Below are positions 14,346-24,990 of a stretch of DNA of 64,000 bases, one piece after another. Each line of letters begins with the position of its first letter. Position 1 is the first letter of the stretch. A program made the position numbers and the translations under genes. Origin of the DNA: Octopus vulgaris (lineage: Eukaryota); contig OX597823.1 in NCBI GenBank assembly GCA_951406725.2, forward strand, positions 4,464,001 through 4,528,000. The letters are read 5' to 3'. The notes below the pieces were generated by a model. The model was not told the DNA's origin and did not search any database. It worked only from the letters and a program-made list of their open reading frames with translations.

Positions 14346-15524
14346 ATATAACAAATAAAGAAAATAAAACATACAATCAATGAAGCAACAAAAGAATCAG
14401 TAAGATGATACATGTTGATCTTATTGGATATTTCTGTTTATTTAGTAACCTACAATCAAGTGGTTATTTCACAGACACCAAACTATAAATTTCACAGGAT
14501 ACAACCTTAAAGTTGACACCACTCTACTAAATGCAGGAAATTTCTGTCTCACTATTGGCTAAAAATACAGTTTTTTTTAATCTTTAAACTTCTATAACTT
14601 TTTCACCAATTTTTTTCTCCACGATGTCATACCTTCATAGCAATTAGACTGAAAAACTATATTATTATAACCGATTTCAGATTTTTTACTGTCTTTTAAA
14701 AAATGCATATTTTGTGAATGAAAAAAGCGAGATCCCCATCTGAAACAAAGATTTCTAATGAGACCTCTGTAACAAGATATCTAGAATGCATATATTGTGT
14801 TTAGAAGGAATGTTCTTGAAATAATATGAAATTAAAAATTTTGGTATCTTCATTAAAGGTGCAGATGTGGCTGGGTGGTAAGAAGTTTGCTTCCCATCCA
14901 CATGGTTCTGGGTTCGGTCCCACTGCATGGCACCTTGAGAAAGAGTACCATGGCCCCGGACCAACTAGAGCTTTGTGAGTAGATTTAGTTGATGAACACT
15001 GAAAGAACCTCATACGATATATATATATATATATGTATATATCTTTGTGAATGTATTTTGTGTTTCTGTTTATCCGCCACCATTGACAATAGGTGTTGGT
15101 TTATTTATATCCTTGTGACTATGTGGTTTAGCAATAAGACTGATAAAATAAGCACTAGTCTTTAAAAGAAAGGGGGTATCGGGGTGGAGTTTCTTGACTA
15201 AACCCTTCAAGGCAGTACTCCAGCATGGCAACAGTCTAATGACTGAAACAAGTATAAAAGAGTCTACAGGGATACCAGGATATCTAAAATTCTTTACTTA
15301 TAATGGAATATTGAATGTGTGTGAAAGTCTCGATTGAAATTATTGTAAGGGGAGGGGAAACCCTTTTCTCCTGTCCCTTTCTAAGGTTTCATTTCTGTGC
15401 AAATAAGTGAAAGCAGCATCATTGAAGTCTGTGTCTGTTGAGACTTGCTTACATTTTAATTAAATCTTTTACTTGTTGATAATTAAATAAAAATTTTTTA
15501 CTTGTTGAAAACCTTTTGTGGCCT

Positions 15525-15737
15525 TTAACCCTTTTGTTACTGTATTTATTTTGAGATGCTCTGTGTTTTTTTCAATTACTTTAAATATAACAACGAATTT
15601 AGTACATTCAGCTAATGTTAGGAACTTAAATTGTGACCAAGGTTTGGTGAAAAATTTTAATTCAAAACTTATGTAAACAAGACATTTGTACTCAGAGGCA
15701 GAGCCAGTTTCAGCCGGGTTGGCAATGAAAGGGTTAA
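15525..15737. mobile_element. piggyBac-like MITE (TTAA-flanked), multi-copy family
   Basis: TTAA CCCTTT...AAAGGG TTAA; related copies near 31412-31705, 49055-49278, 51800-52025, 54127-54570; a second family at 52855-53077 and 36150-36555. Confidence 0.7.
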
Positions 15738-16194
15738 AGGCTAATTTGAAAGGTTTAGCATTGACAGTGACCATATCTGTCCTTAATACTTTACCCATTT
15801 TATGTTCAAATCAGCCAAGTTTAGCTTCTTACACGAATCCTGCAGTGTCATTTTAAAAATAAACAATCAATTCAAAATCTGGAAGCTACATGGTAATGGT
15901 TTCAAATTTTAGGGGAGGAGTAAGTTGATTACATCACCCCTGTGTTCTGCTGGTACTTATTTTATTGACCTGACCCCAAAAGGATGGAAGGCAAAGCCAA
16001 CCTCTGCAGAATTTAAATTCAGAACATAAAGACAGGGGAAAAGCCGCTAAGCCCTATTCCTGGCATGCTAGCAATTTGGCCAACTCACCCACCTTTAGAA
16101 AGCCAGGAAATAATGCAAAATGAATTCAAAACAATGTAAATAAATAAGCATTACATTTAACAATGTAATTTGAATGCTAAGGGGTTAATTTGCA

Positions 16195-16915
16195 CCACAT
16201 AAAGATGACTGGTGAAGGCTGTCAGCTTGCTACCAGTTATTCTTAGCAGCTGAAAAACACAAAAAAGGATTGCTGAAGTGGGTAACACACCAGAGCAAAT
16301 ATATAATGTTAATGAAACTCAATTCCTGTTAGAATATTTTTCTCAAGAAGAACAATCAACACCAGAATTTACAACCCCAAAAACAAAAATGAAAAAACAT
16401 CTCTGGGGGTAGGAGCAAACTGGGGATAAGAAGTCAAAAGCTTTACTTATGTACCACTCCAAAAGTATAAGGGCTTTCAAGGGTTATGCAATATTTAATC
16501 TAACTGATTTGGCATTCAAATAAGACATAGATGGCTCAACCTTCCTAGTTCTCTTTTACAGAGCTTAGAAAAACTGAAGGACCACTGCAATAAGTATGTG
16601 AATCTGAGAGAGGAATATGTTAAATAAAATCATAATTAATTGATCCTCCTGTAATTTCTCTAGCCCAAAGCCAGGAACATTTCAGCGCCTCCCTGCAACA
16701 TTTCCATCAAAGTGCTGCTCCTTTTAGACAATGTACCAGGCAACCCATTGAACTCTTTTGTTTTCATTTGTGAGAGGCAAAAACCTTGGTTATCCAAACA
16801 TCAATTATCGGAATCTCTGATTATCCAAACAGATCATCCACCTCCTATAATTATGTTCCCTAATGCCTTTGTTTATGATCAAATAAGTTGCTTTCACAAT
16901 CAGTTATCCAAACAA
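16195..16915 (+). mobile_element. Degenerate Tigger/pogo relic with a nested mariner 3' fragment (about 16540-16695)
   Basis: TPEQIYNVNET, GDKKSKALLMYHSKSIRAFKG, VLLLLDNVPGNP; nested LEKLKDHCNKYVNLREEYVK-stop plus a TIR-like end. Confidence 0.65.
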
Positions 16916-17102
16916 AATACTCCCTGCCCACTTTGCTTAGGTCACTGTGATCTAACTTCACATACACACACACAAATACATACCATTGTATTGTATAACA
17001 TTATATGTACATATATATGTACACACAAAATATTAATGCGTTTAGATTAAGAATTCTCAAGATCTTTCATCTGAGAGATCACTTCTATGTGTTAACTCTG
17101 TG

Positions 17103-17665
17103 AAGGCTTGTGGCTTAGTGGTTAGGGTACTTGGCATATGATCGCGAGGTCGTGGGTTCAATTCCAGGGGACGCATTGTGTCCTTAAGCAAGACACTTTA
17201 TTTCACATTGCTCCAGTCCACTCAGCTGTCAAAAAGGAGAACTACCTGTATTTCAAAGGGCCAGCCTTGTCACACTCTGAGTCATGCTGAAACTCCCTGA
17301 GAATTATATTAAGGATACACTTGTCTGCGGTGAGCTGGCAGAAACGTTGGCACACTGGGCAAAACGCTTAGCAGTATTTCTTCTGCCGCTACATTCTGAG
17401 TTCAAATTCCGCCGAGGTTGACTTTGCCTTTCATCCTTTTGGGGTCGATTAAATAAGTACCAGTTACGCACTGGGGTCGATGTAATCGACTTAATCCGTT
17501 TGTCTGTCCTTGTTTGTCCCCTCTGTGTTTAGCCCCTTGTGAGTAGTAAAGAAATAGGTACATGTGTCTATGGAATGCCCAGCTACATGTGCATTAATTC
17601 CACAAGCAGGTTGTTCTGTTGATCGGATCCACTGCATCGTTGATCATTGTGACCGACAGAGTGCC
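17103..17665 (+). mobile_element. tRNA-derived SINE family C split by a nested family B SINE
   Basis: Head GTGGCTTAGTGGTTAGGG..GGTTCAATTCC, core GCAAGACACTTTATTTCAC; body resumes after 17557; relatives at about 4206-4560 and 26820-27095. Confidence 0.75.
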
Positions 17666-17854
17666 AATGCCAGTTGGTGTTATTGCTGTACGTGTCTGCA
17701 GGTTTTCTGGCAAAATCATTTTCGAAAATGTAGACCATTCAAGATATCTGATGAATTATTCTGTCTATCATCTCTGCCAGGTTTTTCAAATAAACACACA
17801 CACACACATTAAGACAAGAAAACTAAACCATTTACGCTTATTCTTTTTCTAAAG

Positions 17855-17984
17855 GTAACTCAAAGTCTTTCCCGTTCGGCCCTCGTGGCTTTAATAATCC
17901 TAAGTGTGGTCCAGTCTGTATGATGTACTGTGAATTTGGAAATGAGCTGGACGCAAGAGGATGCCCAATATGCAAATGTAAACA
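17855..17984 (+). CDS. Exon encoding an antistasin-type (family I15) protease inhibitor domain
   Basis: Pyrimidine tract + AAG acceptor, GTGAGT donor; NSKSFPFGPRGFNNPKCGPVCMMYCEFGNELDARGCPICKCK has six Cys in the C-x3-C-x3-C-x2-G-x3-D-x2-GC-x2-C-x-C antistasin pattern. Confidence 0.88.
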
Positions 17985-18158
17985 GTGAGTAGAGTCAATC
18001 TTATCTTCTAAAATATTATTCTGGCGAGGTGCAAGCATGAGGGTAACCTTAAAAGAAAATGGTCCCTTATCTATGGAATGGCATCATGACATAATCAGTT
18101 CTACACATAATATTTATATTGCGTATATTTCTGTGTATGTTGTGTGTGTGTGTGTATG

Positions 18159-18192
<34 letters not shown>

Positions 18193-18236
18193 CATACATA
18201 TATATATACACATATATATACACATATATATGTGTG

Positions 18237-18305
<69 letters not shown>

Positions 18306-18368
18306 ACATATATATATACATGTATATATATATATATGTATACATATATATATACATGTATATATATA

Positions 18369-18420
<52 letters not shown>

Positions 18421-18802
18421 CAAGTTGAGATAGGGGTTGTAAGTGCAACCCTCCATGGGATAACATATATCCAATATACTGCTAGTGAAGTACCCAACAA
18501 AGTTAATACATAAATGTTAAGAATTGCGATGCAATTAATTCATTTACTGTATTATATGGGCAAAGGTAAAATGTTTTACTACAAATTAATAATACAAAAT
18601 AAGAAAATGGAGAAATACATCTTAATCAATGATCAACTACCAGATAATATCCAATCACATAATTTATTAAACCACTACACATGAAAATTAAGATCAAACA
18701 TACTAATATAGACCAAAACAATGTACATGAAAGAGTAATATGATACAATAAGTACAGTATGTATAAGTGAATATAAATAAATATAAATATAAATATAAAC
18801 TA

Positions 18803-18929
18803 CATCTTACAGCTGTTACGGCCATGCAGATATGGGTGTCTCATTATGCTCATATTAGCCATGTGTGATAGGTCAATATGTAGTTATAAAGGAGACACTT
18901 ACAAAAATATCCCAGGCCTCTTCAGAGAT
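18803..18929 (-). ncRNA. Hammerhead motif with one core mutation and a loop II of about 90 nt
   Basis: ATCT CTGAAGA GGCC...GGCC GTAAC AGCT GTA AGAT (GAAA changed to GTAA). Confidence 0.6.
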
Positions 18930-18973
18930 TATGAAATACAAACTCATATTTAATATAGAGATATATAAATATA

Positions 18974-20380
18974 TCTCTATATATATAAACAACAAAATGT
19001 CTGTGTATCTTTGTGTCTGTGTGTCCTTTATACAAATCCACAGTTTTTCACATAAAAGGCTCGCATTTTCTGTGGGCTTTCAAATCTGTCTGAGGGTGAT
19101 TGTGAAGACCTTTTCATTTCCCCAGTCACCCCAGAAAGCCATTAAAAAAATCGATAAACCGACCCCTTATGCCATTAGTTATGACCGTATCCATTCAAAA
19201 TCGCTAAAACATAGAATTTTGTATGCGGTGTGTGCGTACAACTAGATACGCCAATAGACTGCCAGCTGTTTTTTGATTGGACAGAAATAATTTTACCCTT
19301 GACAGTTGGATGCACGTGCACATTTGCAGACAGTCTCTTTGACTCAGTGCACTTTTGTGTTTTGCAAAGACACGTTATCATGTGTTTTGGCTTTCAAACG
19401 TGAACGCTTTTCTGATTTGAGAAATGCAGGGAATAATTAACGAGTTAGAATCTCCAAAGCTACATTCTTCAATGGTCCTTAATCCAATGCAGTTGTCCTC
19501 CTCCGAAACAAACCTGCCATGCACATCTCCACAGCCAATTTCCTCTACAGCCATGTCATTTAGAACCCCTAGGATGGGTTAGTGGTAGATCAGGATTGAA
19601 AGCTGCCTATTAGAGGCTCCCAAGCCCCCTTCCGTAAGGTTAGTCTAGGTTTTAGTTGAAGGCTTAGTTGTGTTCCGAACCTAACCCCCTCTGTTTCAGT
19701 GGATCGGGAGCCCAATTAGCCTTCCGGCAAAAAGGCATACCTATTATTTATACCTTAGTTAACCTTGATGTCTTACGTGCTTCTCTGCGTCATGAACTTA
19801 TAACCATTGACCTTACTGCGTTACTTGCTTCGATGCGTCATACTCATAAAATCACTCTGAATGCTGTTTTTTATGCTCTAATTGCTCTGCCTTTTTTCCG
19901 GAATCAGCACTTTTCTTCCCACCATTGCTATTCACTCATAGGACAAGGCGGTTGGTATCAAAAGGGCTGGCATGTGCAACTTGGTCACCTCTACCAGTCA
20001 AACTCCCAACCCATGCGTTCCCGTCGCGACACTGATTGCACAGAACTGGGTTGGGTGTGAAACCAAAACTCAACAAATGAGTTTTATGCATATTTTCAAA
20101 ATCCTGCTATTTTGCAGCCAAATTCAAGTTTTTCGCTTTCTTCTGCCTCCTTTTTTTGTCCGACTAATGGCATGTGCACAGACCCACTAATTTTCCGAAG
20201 TCCAATGAATATTAATTACTCTCATATAAAGCTCCAACTACCTCATAAACAACAAAACTGGCTCAAGCTGAAATGTGATAAGAAACTTCGCTCTTGATTT
20301 AGTGAGAAATTTTTACTGCGACCCGGCAACGAACAACAAGCATTAGCACTAGACCCGGCAACGCTGGGTCATAGTGCTAG
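18974..20380 (+). mobile_element. Non-autonomous Helitron
   Basis: A|TCTCTATATATATAAA 5' end; GACCCGGCAACGCTGGGTC hairpin then CTAG|T 3' end; no TSD. Confidence 0.75.
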
Positions 20381-20639
20381 TATAATTATAAATTGAGAAA
20401 AAGTCAGAATTTGGGGGAAAAAATCCTTTTATTTCTTCATTATTATTAGAGCTTTCGTTCCTTTCTAGAACTTGTTAAATACAATTTTATTTGACAAGTC
20501 GTAGAAACGAACGAAAGCGCTAATAATGAAGAAATAAAAGGATTTTTTTCCCAAAATTCTGACGACTTTTTCTCAATAGTCAATTTCTGTATATCACACC
20601 TAACACTCTGTACATATATATATATGTATATGTGAGAAG

Positions 20640-21120
20640 ACCTTGCAGGACAAGTGAGACCAGAACACATGGCCTTTCCCTCGGATGTACCTTATGCATA
20701 CCTTTCCTTCTTTGGACACAAAACTCTACTTGCGAAGACCTGTTGAGGCAAATGAAATCAAAATCGATAAAAAGAAATCAATGGAAATTGTAGTTATGAT
20801 ATCCGTGCCAGAGGGACGTAAAAAGCACCATCCAAACGTGGCCGTTGCCAGCGCGGCCTCGACAGGCTTCCGTGCCGGTGGCACGTAAAATGCACCAACC
20901 GATCGTGGCCAATGCCAGCCTCACCTGGCACCTGTGCCGGTGGCATGTAAAAAGCACCCACTACACTCATGGAGTGATTGGCGTTAAGAAAGGCATCCAG
21001 CTGTAGAAACACTGCCAGATCAAACTGGTGCAGCCCCCTGGTTTGCTAGTCCCCAGTCAAACCATCCAACCCATGCCAGCATGGAAAACGGACGTTAAAT
21101 GATGATGATGATGATGATGA

Positions 21121-21123
<3 letters not shown>
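20640..21123 (+). mobile_element. RTE 3' UTR-derived repeat (representative of about 12 copies)
   Basis: Tandem GTGCCGGTGGCACGTAAAAAGCACC units plus (GAT)n tail; other copies about 3520-3872, 4580-4847, 25730-26085, 35366-35575, 36330-36513, 42010-42405, 43790-44150, 49510-49716, 52050-52230 (+) and 55137-55390 (-). Confidence 0.85.
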
Positions 21124-21174
<51 letters not shown>

Positions 21175-21580
21175 CATTATTAAATCTCAGAGCGAGATGT
21201 AAACAGTAACCGCTCAACAATGTAAAGTATAAAAGCCATCTCAATATGGCTAACCACAAAGTGGGGGTGTTACTGTAGTTTTTAGCCCCAGGTGATCGAC
21301 GTCTCCAGCTGGCTTTAGACACACTTTCTGTGCCCTTCAGGTATTTGCAAAGGGAAGCCATCCCTTCCTCGTAAGCCTTAGTGATACACACCGGACCGCG
21401 GTTTTGAGATTATTGTCTCGGCTTTTATAATTTACGTTGTTGAGCGGTTACTGTTTACATCTCGCTCTGAGATTTAATAATGCTTACAGTTAGTTTTTCG
21501 AAATCAGTGGCAGACATCACTAGAAAAACTCTTATATATTTGCAAAGCAAGCTTTGCCTTTCATCGTGACCTGGTGGTTA

Positions 21581-21627
21581 CCGCCCATTGATAAGAGACA
21601 ATAATCTCGAAACCGCGGTCCAGTGCG
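21581..21627 (+). ncRNA. Hammerhead-like motif, U3-A8 variant
   Basis: TTGATAA GAGA-caataa-TCTC GAAAC CGCG GTC; stem I poorly paired. Confidence 0.5.
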
Positions 21628-21793
21628 TATCACTAAGGCTTACGAGGAAGAGATGGCTTCCTTTTGCAAATACCTGAAGGGCACAAAAAGTGTGCCTAAA
21701 GCCAGCTGGAGACGTCGATCACCTGGGGCTAAAAGCTACAGTAACACCCCCACTTTGTGGTAAGCCATATTGAGATGGCTTTTATACTTTACG

Positions 21794-21833
<40 letters not shown>

Positions 21834-23133
21834 ATCCTTTGCTGTATCACGGTTCATTATTTAAGCTTATGTCAATTCCTCCGTGGTGGAATATACAGTA
21901 CAGTACAGTATTATTTTTCCTTTGAATTTTCACCTATGGTGGGAGGTTTTGGAACGTAACACCTGCAATAGTCAAGGGATTAGTGTATGTGTGTGTGTGT
22001 AAAAAGGTTGAATCAAATTTTGTCCTTTAGTTTGGAGGATTCCAAAAAAGATTTGTAATATAGATTCTTCATATTTTGCTGGTAGCATACTGGTGAAAGA
22101 GTGCGCAAATGAAAATAATACTTGTATATGGTGAGTTGTGAATTTATGGAAAGGAGTCCCATAAAACTCAGCAAATTTCTTAAAAACGGAGAAGAGAAAA
22201 TGTTGAAATGTCATCTTCTCTTCTCCATTTTTAAGAAATTTGCTGAGTTTTATGGGATTCCTTTCCATAAATTCACAACTCACCATATACAAGCACATAT
22301 ATATATATGTATATATATATATATATGTGTGTGTGTGTATATGTATATATTTATATATATATATATGTGTGTGTGTGTATATGTATATATGTGTATATAT
22401 ATATATATATACACACACAGAGAAAGAAAGAGAAAGAGAGAGTGCTGTTCTACACAGTTTCCATCTACGACATCCTCTTAGAAGGCATTGGTCAGTCTGG
22501 CGCCATAGTAGAAGAAAACACTTGACCAATGTGTTAGCAGTGAGTGCTGAACTACCTAGGCTGTGTGGTAAGTAGCTTGCTTACCAACCACATGGTTCCA
22601 AGTTCATTCCCACTATGTGGCACCTTGGGCAAGTGTCTTCTACTATAGCCTCGGGCCGACCAAAGCCATGTGAGTGGATTTGGTAGATGGAAACTGGAAG
22701 AAGCCTGTCATATATGTGTATATATATATATGTAAGTGTGTGTGTGTTTGTCTCCCCACACATCGCTTGACAACCGATTTGGTGTGTTTACGTCCCTGTA
22801 ACTTAGCGGTTTGGCAAAAGAGACCGACAGAATAAGTACTAGGCTTACAAAGAATAAGTCCTGGGGTCGATTTTCTCGACTAAAGGTGGTGCTCCAGCAT
22901 GGCCACAGTCAAATGACTGAAACAAATAGAAGAGTAAAAGAGTTTGGCTGCAAAGTGAACTTTTCTAACTCAGACAGAAATGTCTTTACCAAATACAAGA
23001 AATTATATTAAAACAAAACAGAACAAAAAAACTTTAAAGAAAGCAATAATGCTATAGTGTTGTTGTGGTTGTTGTTGTTGGTGTTGTTGTTAGTGTGACT
23101 GTATGCTTAGCCTTCTCTTTTTTATCATTTCAG

Positions 23134-23146
23134 GGCACCAAAATGA
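23134..23146 (+). CDS. Probable terminal coding exon of the antistasin-like gene ((Q)APK-stop), followed by a GGT/GAT-rich 3' UTR
   Basis: Strong acceptor ccttctcttttttatcatttcag; phase matches the 17984 donor; AATAAA at about 23711. Confidence 0.6.
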
Positions 23147-23937
23147 TGACAGCAAATGATGACCAGCTCTGAATAGTGGAACATGACTCATGATTAATTT
23201 ATAGGAAGATGACCACGGTGATGAAGATGATGATGGTGGTGGTGGTGGTGGTGGTTGTGTGAGTGATGGTATTAGTGAAGATGAAGATGTTCATGATGAT
23301 GATTATGATAATGGAGGTTATAGGTGGCGGCAGCGGTGGTGGCGGTGGTGGTGGTGGTGGTGGCAGTGGTGGTGGTGACTTAACCAGTCCACACCTGTTT
23401 TTACATATTTTTCAGTTGTAAAGTTAATTGCCATAAAACACTCACACAGCCCCAAATACAATATTAATTATTTAACTTGTTTCAGTCACTGAACTGTGGC
23501 CAGGGTGGGGCACAACATTGGCGAAATTCTTTTCTTTTCTTTTTCGACCTTATTGACCCCAGAATTTATTTTTAAATATGGTCCCTTGTTTTTGCAATCA
23601 CTGTTTTGTCACATTGCTATGTAAGGGAACAACATAAAACACACAGAAAATGGGATATTTGTGTGTGTGTGTGTGTGTGTGTGTGTAATTCAGTCAATGC
23701 CAACGGTGGAAATAAACAATAGACACGAATATGCACACATGTATATATATCTTTGTATAAAGATGTGTGTGTGTGTGTGTGTGTAGCAAGCAGATCTCTG
23801 CCTCAGATTTAGATCCAACTATTTTCTTTGCAAATAAAATACACAAAGAAACAAACAAGATCTTTCAAACTCAGTCATGAGATCTGTTGCATAGAGACAC
23901 TGTGTGTGTGTATACACACACATATATATATATTCAT

Positions 23938-23972
<35 letters not shown>

Positions 23973-24089
23973 AACATGTATATATACATATACGTACACA
24001 TATATATATACATGTATGTATATACATACATATACATATATATATATATAAATAATAATAATAATAATAATAATAGTAGTAGTAGTAAA

Positions 24090-24120
<31 letters not shown>

Positions 24121-24318
24121 TTAGGGAGTATAACTCCAAACTTACTAGGAAAAATTCAATTTAGAATTAAATCAAATTTCACAGTATTAAAACAAATATG
24201 TTTTATAAAAATATATATTATTTGTTATTTATGTATTGGTTTATGTCTATCAATGTTTGAGTTGCATAATAGTGGTTTTATCTCTAATTTATATTTTACA
24301 TATATATACATGTATGTA

Positions 24319-24438
<120 letters not shown>

Positions 24439-24453
24439 TATATATATAGAAGG

Positions 24454-24504
24454 AGCTTCTACAGGACTAGAACTGTTTCATTCAAAAGAAATCATCAGGA
24501 AGCT
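24454..24504 (-). ncRNA. Type I hammerhead ribozyme motif, intact core
   Basis: Minus strand: AGCTTC CTGATGA TTTC-TTTT-GAAT GAA ACAG-TTCTAGTC-CTGT A GAAGCT; 6-bp stem I, 4-bp stem III, GUA triplet. Confidence 0.8.
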
Positions 24505-24733
24505 AGTAGACAAGAGTTGTTTTGGCATTTATACATTTAGGCAGGTTTAAATGGGTGGTGGTGGGGGACTTTTTTGGGGGTAGGCATGGCGCAAAACTGT
24601 CATTATTAGGGGAGTGGTCAAAGGAATCGGTGGTAAAGTAGATAAAAGAATAAATAAAATAAAAGAATAAATAAAAAAATAAATAGAAAAATAGAGTTTT
24701 AGGTAAGTAAGGAGACTCTCACTTGTACATATC

Positions 24734-24990
<257 letters not shown>

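Noticed and set aside
17564-17812. Cys-rich 82-aa ORF just upstream of the antistasin exon
   Set aside because: Largely SINE tail sequence also found near 27010 and 29500; no fitting splice sites
23215-23380. Gly/Asp-rich GGT/GAT repeats suggesting a glycine-rich protein
   Set aside because: Lies after the in-frame stop with stops in the other frames; better explained as 3' UTR trinucleotide repeats
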